Shown in pieces: positions 1-13,705 of a DNA stretch of 64,000 nt. This DNA is from Perna viridis. Its lineage: Eukaryota. Where the stretch lies: positions 24,920,750 through 24,984,749 of the forward strand of contig CM074524.1 in assembly GCA_037379345.1 (NCBI GenBank), written 5' to 3'. The position numbers and the translations under genes are program-made. The notes below the pieces were generated by a model, which was not told the DNA's origin, did no database searches, and was given only the letters and a program-made list of their open reading frames with translations. Positions within the stretch are counted from its first letter, which is position 1. The number at the start of each line of letters is the position of its first letter.

Positions 1-548
1 TAAAATTCTACTGTATAATTGTGTACAACAGCCAAAACTTTGTCAGGAATTAAGTGAGTTCCTGATGAGGTGAACATAACAGTTCATCTTATCTCACAAA
101 CTCTTAAAACCATTTTTTTAGAGAAATAAACATTTCTAAAATCTATAACTCTCTACTGACACAATACAGACTTACAGACATAAATCATCTGACAAGATAT
201 TGCCCTGTAAATACTCTTTCCCCTGGAGTACACTACTGCTACTAGAAGGTAATTGTATCCTCTTTCTATCTTCATTAGATCTATACAACTAATTCCCTTA
301 ACTGTTCCAAAAATATGGAGACTGATGAAAAATTAGATCGCATAGAAGGTCATAAAGCTTACTTAAACTTAGCCAATCAATCATGGGTTCTACAGAAAAT
401 TACAGAGAAAGCTGTACTGACAAACTTCCATTCAAATTGCAGTGAACTTTTGATCAAATTGCATGTACATGTATGTATGCTTCCATACAAGTAACAAAGG
501 TGGTGACAGTTTGAAATTCTTCCAATTCAACTATGTTTAAACCGCCAG

Positions 549-1430
549 CATCATGGAACTCATTAATATGCCATGAGACAGGTTTGAATATTCTAAATAG
601 GAGGTCAGGGAACCCCATTACATATAGTCAGTCAGGTTTGACTGTTCCATATAAGAGGTCAGGGAACCCCATTACACATAGTCAGTCAGGTTTAGCTGTT
701 CCAAGTAAGATGTCAGGGAACTTTCTTATACATAGTGAGCAAAGTTTGACTGTTCTGAATAAGAGGTCAGGGAACTCCATAATATATTGTGAGCCAGGTT
801 TGACTGTTCTGACTAAGAGGTCAGGGAATTCCCTAATGTATAGTGAGGCAGGTTTTACTGTTCTGAATAAGAGGTCAGGGAACTCCCTAATATATAGTGA
901 GCCAGGTTTGACTGTTTTGAATAAGAGGTCAGGGAACTCCCTAATGTATAGTGAGACGGGTTTTACTGTTCTGAATAAGAGGTCAGGGAACTCCCTAATA
1001 CATAGTGAGCCAAGTTTGACTGTTCTGAATAAGAGGTCAGGGAACTCCCTAATATATAGCAAGCCAAGTTTGACTGTTCTGAATAAGAGGTCAGGGAACT
1101 ACCTAATACATAGTGAGTCAGGTTTGACTGTTCTGAATAAGAGGTCAGGGTACTCCCTAATATATAGAGAGCCAAGTTTGACTGTCCTGAAAAAGAGGTC
1201 AGGGAACTCCCTAATATAGAGTGAGCCATGTTTGACTGTTCTGAATAAGATGTCAGGGAACTCCCTAATATATAGTGAGTCAGGTTTGACTGTTCTGAAT
1301 AAGAGGTCAGGGAACTCCATAATATATAGAGAGCCTGAGGTCAGATAACTCCCTAATATATAAAGAGCCAAGTTTGACTGTTCTAAATTGGAGGTTAGGA
1401 AACTCTCTAATATAGAGTGAGCCTGGTTTT
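549..1430. repeat. 54-bp minisatellite, ~16 copies (GGTTTGACTGTTCTGAATAAGAGGTCAGGGAACTCCCTAATATATAGTGAGCCA)
   Basis: Unit read directly from the sequence; its length is a multiple of 3, which explains the repetitive ORFs on both strands. Confidence 0.95.
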
Positions 1431-4400
1431 ACAATTAAAAATCAGGGGTCAGTACGATTCCTATTACTTCAAACAGATCAATCATGTTCTAATTGAAGTA
1501 CAATAATTAATTTGGCAAAATATTATGAAACAATTTATATAATCTAGTTGGTAATTCTACAACAGATTCAGAAACAGAATCATAAATGGAAATTGGACGT
1601 TTGTCAGTGTCATATAATAAGATTTTTTGATGGATTGATTGATTGGTTGTGTGGAATATTTACTTACGAACACATTAAATTACTTTAGGTAATTCAATAC
1701 GATTGGGTATTTCAATTTGATCCATGCATAAAATATTCATAGGAAAGAGAAATAATGTCACTGATGCATAGCCTTCAACTGCCAATAAATAGTGACTACA
1801 AATATGTCTCTCTATGGGATAGCAAGGAGTAAACTATTCTGATTTCTTCTTAATATGTATTCTATCATCAATAATCCTTTTTATTTACAAATATCAAACA
1901 GGAAGTGATTTTTGCATGTTAAAAATCCAAAAAATTAACTTATTAGTTCTAATATAGTAAAAGTATACAGACCACTTAACTGGTCTTCATCCAGTTGTAG
2001 TTACAAAAATTATACATGAAAATGACAGTTTACAAGAGTTATCCTTCTTGATTTGGTTGATTTAAGAGGGAAATGAATGTATGGTTTTCTCTAAAATACA
2101 TAGCTATATACAGAAAAGATTGAACTTATGCAAAAAAGTGTAGGTTAAGTGAAAAAGCATTGTTTGTTCAGTGGGTTTTCTGCACCCACCAATGAATCAC
2201 ATCTACCATCAGCCTTTTCTAAATTTTATATGGATTGGTACAACAAAAGTCTTACTTGTACATCCATTCCATAAACCTTCTAATGGAATGTCAGCAGACT
2301 GAGAGGTTCAATATTAACTACACTTGGCCATTACTTACACTTAAAAAAGCCTCAGATACAGAAAGGAGTTTGTTTTAGCCTTCTAAAACACACATCTCCC
2401 CCCGGTTCCAAAGTTTAAAGGGGTATAACTCCGACAAAATTCAGTGGATCATGTTCCTGGTAATTTATATATCATGTCCTTATTACAAACAAAGTGTCAT
2501 GAAATTAAGTGCAGTAGTCTCCACAAAAATGTGAAGGACAGACAAACGAACAGTGAGAAAACGATACGTCTCCTCACCAAAGTGGAAGAAAGATCTAATA
2601 AATTCTCTTGGAATTATGTGCCAGTAGACTGTCAAGAGGTTATCACGTCATATAATTTTTTTTATCTTTGGTTATTTGATGTGTAATTACTACGGTACAT
2701 AACATGCCTAACTTCCCATCTGTGACTGCTAAACTCCTCAATCACAGGAAATGTAAACCCATTAATGGCTGACTGTCTTCTGTCAATGGACTGAATTCCC
2801 TTCCTTAGAGATGACTATTAGCTTACAATAACTGCAGACTATTCATGAATGATTCCTTAAAAAGTAGCATAAATATCTCTTCTTCTCAAAATTTTTGCCT
2901 TGAAGACAAGTACTATAGGTCTGTTACACATTCCAAGATTAAGACATGAATTTAGTCTTTGTTAATAAAGTTCATACTGAACAAAGGTCAAAATGGAACA
3001 AAGTTCAGATCATCTCACACTAAAAAAAGCTCAAGGTCATGAGTAAGAGGAAGTCATTATAAAATATATTAATTAAGAATAGTACCTCTTCAGTTTAATT
3101 AAATCAAGGTAATCTCTATCGATAAATTAAGCATGATTTCATGATAAGCATGAATTCTTAGAATCAAAATTCAAAGGCAAAGACAAACAAAGACAACAGG
3201 GGATGGAAACAACAAATAAAACACAACAACCAAAACACACAACTGGAAATGAGCAACTGTGATTTGACAATGAGCAGGTGCACTGGTAAAGTAGGTATCC
3301 TCTATGAGTTACTTGTGTCAGGTCCAATAGAGGAAAGCTGTGACAAATGGATGAAACATAAGATAATTTCATTATATGAAAAGCACAAACCCCCACAAAA
3401 TATGGGATCCACATAGAAATATAAATTTTTGTATTATGGCATATTTTTCGTTGTGAGGTTTTGGTAATTTTTATGTCAAGCAGTTTTTTGTTTGTTTCTT
3501 TGTTTGTTTTTCATTAAATGTTGGGAAAGATACTTAGCTTCTTTCTCCATTTCCAGTTTTAAAAGTGTTTTTCACTGCACAAATATACATATTTCTCATT
3601 TTAAACTTTTAAAGTGCTTTTCCCTGAATAAATTCACTACTGATAAGATTGCAGTCCTGAGGACATATCAGGCTTCATAAAAAATTGTTTGATAGTGTGT
3701 TCTATCTACCAGAATGAAAGCAAACTTTTCAATTTCTTTCAAGGGTGTTCAATGTAATCATGCTTTTAGATGAATGCACAGAGAAATGCTTCCAAAGATT
3801 GTATCAAATTTCATCAGAGCACTGTTCCATGATAAGATGGAAATATTTCAAGTATACGTAATGGCTGCATGGTCTAATAGAAATAATGCATATTTCATTG
3901 CAGTGTGATTGCAGTTAACAAATTTAAATTTTAAATTTGAAGACTGATTTAAGGTTGTGGCAGAGAAAACACTTGAATCATATACAGGGTCTGATATTAT
4001 AAAAATATAAAGAATCAAAATTCCCTGACACTATGTAACACAAAAGAAAAGGCAAAATCGTCAGATTTCACACAATAGAAGTGCTTAAGTCTCCTGCCTT
4101 TAATGACAGTTACCTTGACCTTTTATCTTCTGTCCTCAAAGTCAAGAAATATCTGTGTGCATATGTGCAAGATTCAGTTTCATTTATAAATGAAAAATAT
4201 TCAAAAACAGACAGACAGACAGAAAGTCAAATACATAGTACTGAGGGCTATATTAATTGAGATAGTATATTCAAAATCTGTGGAAAATAAAGTAAAAACT
4301 TTGTTTACTGTATAAGGCAAATCATGCAATACGGACAAACTGTAGAAGTGAATTTAGCTGCTGCAATATATCACTAATATTAATGACATTATAAAGTGGC

Positions 4401-7400
4401 AAGTCTTCTAAAAAGTTTAAACACTTAAACTTCTCAATTTCTCTAAAAACTATATGAAAATTGTAGGGAGGAACAGATGACAATGACATTAACACTTCTT
4501 GTTGCTTCAGGACCAGTATAGTATGGAGAAAGTGTAGATCCCTCTGTAAACTTATATCAGATGAACAGCTATGTGTACAAGGATGGAATGTCAGCAACAT
4601 CTTAAATATGTACATGCTTTGAAGCATAAATGGGTCAAAATCGTTGTCGAAAATATCATATTCTTGGAATGAGGTATGCAGTAAGGAAGTGAATGTTTGA
4701 GCTTTTAAAGTAGTGTGTGTTCATATTCCCATTGGTAGAGATGTAACAAAAAACCGATGCATTATCAACCAAGACAAATGTTATTTGAATACAAATAGCT
4801 CTATCCCTTACAGACAAGGCCTAAAATTATATCAGAACACGGTATGACTTCCCCCTTTTTCCAGTGTTCTAATTAAGTGAAATAAGTAAGCAACATAAAA
4901 ATTAGAAAAAAAATAAATAAAAACAAAAGAAAATATCCTTCAATAGAGACAGACATTATGAATTCATTTTAAAATCCCTCAGAGCATCTTTGAATTATTG
5001 GGGACAATGGTCAGACAGACAGTGGTGTACATTGTCTACCAAATTAGGAGCATATAAAAATGTAGTTAAAATTAAATTTACTACAAATTGATCAATTACC
5101 TTTTTGAATTTTTTGCTGCAAGGTTCAAAACTTGCATAATCCTCAGATGTCCACATAATCCACAAAAAAATACAAAGGATTATAATCCACTGACCTTGAC
5201 CTCTTTTGTCTTTGAAAAATATTTCACATACATTTCACTTTATAAGTTTCTCAAGGATCAAAAAGTATTTCATATTCCTTGTCCCGAAAAAGACTGCCAC
5301 AATCTTAGAACAAAACATGCTGGAAAAGGTCATAAAAATAATTTCATGAAAGGTCACACTGAAAAAAAAATAAGGACACTGCCCTAATCCAAATTAGTCA
5401 CATCAGAATTCTGACAGCATCCAATTACAAGGAAATGGATTATTCTCCTATATTATACATCCGCAGCCAGCCCACGAACATGATTTAAGATTCTCTATTT
5501 TTTTCCATGACAACTCATTTAGAGTAAATGGACACTTCTACGCAAGAATTTCTCCTTTCAAATGCTAATCAGTAGTCAACAACAGTTATAATAAACAAGT
5601 TAATCAATTTGGGAGATTAAATACAATGATAGATGGTTGTAACTATAATGTATAAATTTCAATCCATATTTATTATCAATTTTTGTCCTTTGAAGTCCTT
5701 TTTCTTAAAGAAAACAACGATTAATTTCAGATATCCACAACAAATGTGGTTTTATGTAAAGATTTTGTGTAAAAATTACATTCCTGAATAACTTATACCA
5801 GACAATTAATTTTACCTCTCAGATGCAAATCAACAAATTTTCTGATCAAAACATTCTACTTTTCCCCCCAAGTTGTTCCAGTTTTTAACTGAACTCTACT
5901 CTGGGCAATTTATTTGGAATCATTTAACCACTAATGAAATAAATGGCAGTTTTTGTAGGCTTAAAGCGACTTATTGGATTTCCTTATCTCACCATCAAAC
6001 TAGAAAGTCTCCCTTTAGAAAAAAAAGCAAAACAAAACAATTTAGAGAGTGAATTAATCAACATAGGTAAACAAATGACCCTCAGGCCAAACCATTTTTT
6101 TTCAACAAATGATTTCCTAGCAGGAATCAATCTACGATTAAAATGCATATGTTGTTTTAAGTTCACACTGAAGTGTACATGTGAAGATACATTTTAGATA
6201 TCATATATGGGCATGATTTCAATGAATAAATGAAAAACCAATCAATTTGAATTTTAACAATTCCATTTCAATTACAGTCTTACAGATATAACAAAGATTT
6301 GTTTACAGTAATTATTGATGGAACCCATTGATTTTTAAATAACAACTTGACAGGAACAGCAATTGGCATATTTAAAATGTTATAATTGCCCATGGCAATG
6401 TTGCATTATTGATATATTTTCAGTCAACTGAAGTTTACACTTTATTGAGAAAAAAAAAAGCAAAAAAAGCAACTCCGTATGTCCCCTGCCACCAGAAAAA
6501 AAGTTGTAGGGCAAAAGTCCCATAACTCCTGTAAAATATGTCGACTCAAAATAGTGTTGCAATATGATCAACTACAAATGGTGACTTAGCAATCCTACAA
6601 AATTTAAATAAAATCTGTGATGCAGTTTCCTAGAAATTGCATCCACAAGTGTGACAGGACGGACACCTGTATTTCTAGGTCTCCTTCCGTATAGCGGGCG
6701 GAGACAATGAACATATCAGAAATCGGCATAGAAAAGACTGTAAGTGATGGACAGTCAATCATAAAGTCCAAGAAAAATGTTTTCAGTCATTGATAAATTT
6801 GTGGTCAATAAACAAATATTGTACCAGAGACATGGTAGAGGTCATTGATCAACATAGTGGACATTAATTTCTGTCAAGTCAGTTTCTATTGGAAATATTT
6901 CTTTCTCTACCAGGACCATAAAAATAACAGTAACAATGTGTGAATATATGGGTTTGGAATATGGTCAGGAAGGAGATTGTGAGATTACTTAATATGACAC
7001 AGCTACTGGTTATTAAATACAGAATATAATTCAGCACTCTGTATTCAGAAATTTTAGAGGAGCCAATGAGATTTTTTAGATGGATCTCAAACTTAAAAAA
7101 TAGCCCTTTCGTTTATATGCACATGCTGATAAGGTATATGTCAAGAAATGAAAGCTCCTTAAGCAGAAAAACAAAAGTATCCAAAGTTACACTCTAAATG
7201 GAAAAGTCTTGTACTAAATGAAACTTTCGTCTGTCACAGGGAACGATCATGTTCTTTTTGACTACATTTTCCTCATTTTTTCTGTTTCAACATTATGAAG
7301 ATAATTTACAGTTCATAGACTGTTACATACATGTATCATAACCATAAGAAACTGGCTAAATAACATTATTGGTCAATTGGTCAATTGGTCATTGGTATTG

Positions 7401-9485
7401 GCAATTCATTACCTGTTATGTTAGCACCAAATTAGGTTTACTATGAATGTAAAATTATTTATTGCAGAATCAATACAAGAAATTGGCAAATCGGAATCAA
7501 AAATACAGTCAAATCAAGAATTCAGTTTTAAAGAGCGGAAACCTACTTAACAGCAAAAAATAAATCATCCTTGGTTGTAGGAAATCAATGGTGTCGGCCC
7601 AAAATTGGTCAGTCAATGGAACCCCCCCCCTATTTTTTCCAAATTTCTGGAACCGCCACTGAAAAATCATAACGTGTTAATCTTTTCATCAGGAATTAGA
7701 CCTATTACCTGAAAGTCTCATATTATCTTAAAACTTCACAGCTGATAATGTAATACCCACTTACAGAGGAACGGTCAATTGGTCACTGGTATTGGCAATT
7801 CATTTCCTATTACGCTAATAGTTAACGCAAGACTAGGTCCACTACCAGCGTAACATTATTTATGACAGAATCAATACACAGACAGTATTGTACAGGGAGG
7901 ATTTTACAAGAAAAAACATGACAACATAGTTACACAAAATTTATTTTGGGGCCATTAACAGCTTGCTTTATGGAGCTTGCTATGCTCATCATTGACACAC
8001 AGCGGAGGAAAGAACTAGACATATTCAAGTGATACATGACACCAAAACGATCATGGAAAGTAACGGTGATAATGAACTCTACATATGTTCATGTCCAATA
8101 TTGACAGGTCCATAGCACCATAACTATTTATATATTTCACAACAATTGGATTATTGGAGGCTTAACAAAAATTTTAAAAGTCCTTATTGATATTTGATAT
8201 GTTACCAGGTACATTTTTTTTTTATATCTAAGTTCTAACCACATGGTCTTAATAGTTTTATCTGTGTTTACTTCAGTTCTGTATATAAAATGTACTTTTG
8301 CATAGCTCAATACCACTTCACCTACATTCAATGTAATTTTTCTTCTCATATTTTGAGGGATCATTCTAAATAATGACAACTCCCTGGATTGACCAGAAGA
8401 CAGCCACAGTGAAATCTCAGGCTTTATGTCTATCATGGGATACAAATAAATTTATATTTCCTGACTTCAGCTTTCTCAGTTAGGAAATTAAAGATGCGCA
8501 ATCTGACAACAAAATGACCGTTCATGCACCACTGACCAACTAGTTGACAATTACAGGGCTGTTCTGTCTATAGAAGATTAGCATCCAAGAGAGTGTGCAC
8601 TATTATTCCTTATATAATCGATGGAGGAATAGCACCAAGTCAGCATCAATAAGAGGAAATTTGCTGATACAAATCCTTTGTAGGTCCTTTCAAAATTGAA
8701 GAAAATTTCCAGAAGCTATGTTTAGAAAGAAATCAAGATGACTAGACATTCAGAAGTTTTAGGTTTATGGTCAAGATTCTGTAACTTATCATAAAACCAC
8801 TAATGTGTTCTGAATTCAGCTTCTAATTAGACACTTCACAGCAAGCAATTTGACAACAAATGATCATTTATCAGTACTGGACAATCCCCTTGGGCAATTA
8901 CCTTGGGCAATTACTGACAGTTATGGTCTCAAAACAAGAAGAACAATATTTTGAGGTAGAATCAATATGTACAAGTACCATACTTAAAGAACAAGGGAAT
9001 GGTCAGCTAAATTTAAGTCTCACATTTTAAGAATGAGGGAGCAAGTGTAACTAGACACAATGCAACCGAGTAGAATTTAAACAGAGATTGTATATACCTA
9101 ACTAGTTCAAATGATCCATGCTTCCAATTTAATTACTAAAAATATATAAATAGGAGATGTGATATGATTGTCAATGACATTCTACACAAATAGTTAGAGT
9201 AGGGAAACGCTCATGGACCCATGTGGGGTCTGGGAGTAGGCCAGAGCATCAACACAGCAGCCCAACCACCAGTAGGACATACTCTGACGGAGTTCCTCGG
9301 TCAGGTAACCCGAAGGCTGGGCTCCGCTAACTCCAACTAACAGAAACCCCATAAGGGGCGGTTGTGCAAGATCTGTAAGGGTAGTCAAGACCATCAAAAA
9401 CCCCCCATCATCATCTGATTGCCAATGAGACAGTCATCCACCGTAGCTAAGCAACAAACAATTAGATATGTTTCATTTGTTAACC

Positions 9486-10003
9486 ACAGATTCTGTACCA
9501 CAGGTTCTGTACCAAATGTTTCTGTACCACAGTTTCTGTACCACAGGTTCTGTACCAAATGTTTCTGTACCACAGTTTCTGTACCAAATGTTTCTGTACC
9601 ACAGTTTCTGTACCAAATACTCCTGTACCACAGTTTCTGTACCAAATGTTTCTGTACCACAGGTTCTGTACCAAATGTTTCTGTACCACAGTTTCTGTAC
9701 CAAATGTTTCTGTACCACAGTTTCTGAACCAGTTTCTGTACCACAGTTTCTGCACTACAGGTTCTGTATCAAATGTTTCTGTACCACAGTTTCTGTACCA
9801 AATGTTTCTGTACCACAGTTTCTGTACCACAGGTTCTGTACCAAATGTTTCTGTACCACAGGTTCTGTACCAAATGTTTCTGTACCACAGTTTCTGAACC
9901 AGTTTCTGTACCAAATGTTTCTGTACCACAGTTTCTGCACTACAGGTTCTGTATCAAATGTTTCTGTACCACAGTTTCTGTACCAAATGTTTCTGTACCA
10001 CAG
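9486..10003. repeat. Composite short-period tandem repeat (TTTCTGTACCACAG / TTTCTGTACCAAATG, 14-15 bp), followed by (TCAA)n
   Basis: Read directly; source of the overlapping repetitive ORFs at 9394-10064. Confidence 0.95.
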
Positions 10004-10827
10004 TCAATCAATCAATCAATCATCTAAACAAATTGTGGTTTTAATACATAAAATAACATTTTGACAAATTGCATCCTACAGTAAAACTCATAGTGACCTT
10101 TTTTTCTACTTTTGCGAATCTTTCTATTCAAAATACTACATTCTTAACATGTCTAATTGTCAGACACAACTTGGTCGAATTATTAAAACCCAGCAGAGAA
10201 ACATATTCACATTTCTTCTTGTCTGAATTTTTTTCTTGGGAAATCCTTCCCATCTACAGAGATCCTTTAAGTTGACAATTTGACGGGAACAATTTGATGA
10301 TTCCAACGAAAACTATCATAGTGCTGTCTTTACGTCTCTCTTCAGGAAATTCTTATGTCTTTTTTCACTTCATAAGAAATCCAATTATATATCATTACAA
10401 GGCAATGTTACAAAATGCCACTTAATTGGAAAAGAAATGGGGAAAAATCTATCAAGAACTGCCACCGGCATCGACACCACAGAACTAGATTTTCAATCTT
10501 TAATCAACAGAGATGAGGTTTCTGTTACTAATACAGTAAACATAGGATGAGATTTACCTCTGGCTAAATCAGATTTAAATTGGTGTTTTGAGACAGGAAA
10601 ATTTACTAAGAACTAATATTGTTTATAGCAATAATTTGAATTCCTCACATGTGGTCCTAGATTTGCCCAACTCCTTCATATTTGCACAAACAGGATTCTC
10701 AGAAGAATGAAACAATAACAATACAGAATGGACAATGTCTGCTTTAATAGAATAATCAAAGGAGCCAAGATTCTAGAAGTAAAAAAAAAATATATATACC
10801 ACATGGACAAAGACTAGAGAGGGAAAA

Positions 10828-11185
10828 CAGACACAACAAAGAACATAAAATAACCAAAATAGACACAACAAAGAACATAAAATAACCAAAATAGACACAA
10901 CAAAGAACATAAAATAACCAAAACAGATACAACAAAGAACATAAAATAACCAAAACAGACACACAAAGAACATAAAATAACCAAAACAGACACAACAAAG
11001 AACATAAAATAACCAAAACAGACACAACAAAGAACATAAAATAACCAAAATAGACACACACAACAAAGAACATAAAATAACCAAAACAGACACAACAAAG
11101 AACATAAAATAACCAAAATAGACACAACAAAGAACATAAAATAACCAAAACAGACACAACAAAGAACATAAAATAACCAAAATAA
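10828..11185. repeat. 32-bp tandem repeat, ~11 copies (GACACAACAAAGAACATAAAATAACCAAAA(T/C)A), inside a dispersed element
   Basis: Read directly; the flanks match the dispersed copies at ~42645-42830 and ~58405-58595. Confidence 0.92.
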
Positions 11186-12017
11186 CACACTCGAAGAAAC
11201 AAAAACAAAATGAGAAACCAGAACTCTAGTAAAACTGGGAGAAAATTATTGGACCATGCACAAAAAATATTTGAAGACATGATGGGCTGTTCAGACTCAC
11301 AAATCTACTAAGATATACGAACAGGAACATATTGATGACTCCATTGTTTGCCATCATTGGTGCCCCTGTGTCTCGTCTCATTCAGTATATTTTCACATCT
11401 TCTTTATCCCATTAAATTTTCAATTAATAGCAACTAAAGGGTAATGTTATAACTTCCACTTAACTTTATTAAGAAAAGGGGAGAAATCAATAAATCTTAC
11501 TGCAAGAATAATTAAAGTAGAGATACCTTTTTTAACCCATTATAATTAGTGTAAGAATATTTGTTAAATAAAATATGATTAGTGCAAAAAGAAAACGAAT
11601 TTTACAACAGAATTTCACTTATTGCTTTTTTATGCCAACATTTACTAAAGAGACCTAATGCTAATACAAGAGTTTACAGAGACTGTGCACAGCCAAAAGT
11701 GCCTAACATCACAATCATACAGTTTACATTTATATATGATTATCACATGAATATCATATAAAAATCATATATTTTCATAAACATATGAATATCATATGTT
11801 TCCAAGCCAAAATTAATATATGAGAAACATATGATAATCATATGACTATCGTATTTAAATTATCATCTGATTACAATACGATTATCAATGTTACACATTT
11901 GGATGTGTATATATAATATAATCTAATTTCAGCAATAACACACTTTCATAGACCAAATTCTGTAATGAGACTATGGCTTCAACAACCTTTTTTAATGATT
12001 GAGTCGTTGAATTTTGG

Positions 12018-12414
12018 TAAGTACTTTGTAAGAATCATGCAAAATCTGAAAAATGTGATGCACCCCAAAAAAGGCTACACATTTTTATTTTTGTAATTAA
12101 GTTGTTTTATGGGTCTATATTATGAAATGTGTAATTATTCATTCAAATCTACCTGCTCTTAGGAGATAATCAACATTGAAAATCCAATAGATTCTATTGT
12201 ATTTGAGTGTCATTTACAGAGTTATCTCCCTTAATTTTGAATTTTACAGTGCATTCTATACAATTTTTATCTCCTATGAACACGGTTTATACAAAAAACC
12301 AAATGTTAATTCCTGTTGACTGAAGCATTTTAAACAAAATATCAAAAATAAAAATATGTAGGCTTTTCACCCATGTATCACTTTTTGCATGATTCTTAGC
12401 TGGAATGCTACTTA
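12018..12414. mobile_element. MITE relic
   Basis: Inverted termini TAAGAATCATGCAAAA (12029-12044) and TTTTGCATGATTCTTA (12383-12398), with outer TAAGTA/TACTTA. Confidence 0.6.
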
Positions 12415-12686
12415 AATTAAATTATAAGGAATGACTATTATATTTTTTCAGTCAATTAAGAAATAACCTCAACCACATGTTGCGCACTAAATCACCTGGA
12501 TGGCTGGTTATTTCCAAGTATACACCATGGCATTGATACTAAAATTAAAATTATATGGAATGACTGATATATTTTATTGGTCTATGAAGAAATAGCAGGT
12601 TATTTAGTCACCGAACATATATAAAGGTCATTCCTTAAATACCATATAGTCACTGAAAATATATAAAAGTCATTCCTTAAATAACA

Positions 12687-12855
12687 TACTGTAAACCAAC
12701 CTAGTTTGATGACCAAATGAAAACATGCAAAAATAAAACTCTGCAAATATTTCTCTACTTCTCCTCTTCCTTGCAACAGAGGGAAAGTGGCAAAAATAAA
12801 TATCAAACACGGTTAAACTGATTTGATATCCTGAAAACAAGTCGGTTTTACAGTA
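12687..12855. mobile_element. Short MITE relic
   Basis: Imperfect TIRs TACTGTAAACCAAC...GTCGGTTTTACAGTA. Confidence 0.5.
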
Positions 12856-13539
12856 CTAACAAAAAAAAAATAAGAAACCTGTTGGCACAATTTTCTGTAA
12901 GGTTTTTTTTTTTTTATGACAACTTTATGGGGATACAACAATTATTTTAAGTTGCAGCTAACCATTTGATAAAAAGATTCAATTAAAAGTTTCTAACAAC
13001 CTTCTAGAAGTAATTAAGTACTAAATCTATTTATATAAATGCTGCATGACTGAATCCTTGTAAATGTCATGAAGTGAGGTTAATAAGGAAATGGTTTTCA
13101 TTTTTAAATAGAAGAACCAAACCATAGCCAATAACTTTGAAGACATCCAAAAAATAGGAAAGCGAAATACCAAGTCATTAAAACACATACTTCCTCCTAT
13201 AATTATCTCAGGGCATATTTATACCCTACTAATGTTCACTCTAAGTTCAAAATCCTCGCAGAGTTCTATATCATTTGATGAAGTCTTTTAAAAGGATTGG
13301 AAAAACCTAGTACACAGTCAGCTTTTATGACTATTGGCATATTTTGGATGAGGACGGATGGAAGTTCCAGTATCTTTCAGGCAATTTCTTTTCATTGGTT
13401 TTAAGCCAGTAAACAATTTTAGACAAGTCTACAGAATTCCTGCTTTTATGACTTTTGGCATTTTTTCTCTTAACACTTTTTGTAAGAGTCAAATTGAATG
13501 AATAAGGTGTAAACATACTAATGAAGCGTCATTTATAGA

Positions 13540-13705
13540 CTGACGAAAAATTGTAAAGCAAACATTATCAATTAAATTCAGTATAATTGGTAGACGAAAA
13601 ATTGTACAGCAGTATCGTTTACGATTAAATTTAGTATATTTGGTAGACGAAAAATTGTAAAGCAGTATCATTTATGATTAAATTTAGTATATTTGGTGGA
13701 CGAAT
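13540..13705. repeat. ~52-bp tandem repeat, ~3 copies (GACGAAAAATTGTA.AGCA...ATTAAATT.AGTATA.TTGGTA)
   Basis: Read directly. Confidence 0.75.

Noticed and set aside
9281-9320. Hammerhead ribozyme core in the GC-rich insert (CTGACGGAG...CGAAG)
   Set aside because: Does not match the CUGANGA and GAAA consensus boxes
9394-10064. Overlapping ORFs on both strands (WYRNCGTETFG..., FLYHSFCTK...)
   Set aside because: Translations of a 14-15 bp tandem repeat
10284-10550. ~88-codon open plus-strand frame (EQFDDSNENYHSAVF...)
   Set aside because: No early ATG, no convincing splice sites and no family resemblance
10756-11280. Very hydrophobic, Cys-rich minus-strand ORFs
   Set aside because: Reverse reading of the A/C-rich 32-bp array, open in all three frames
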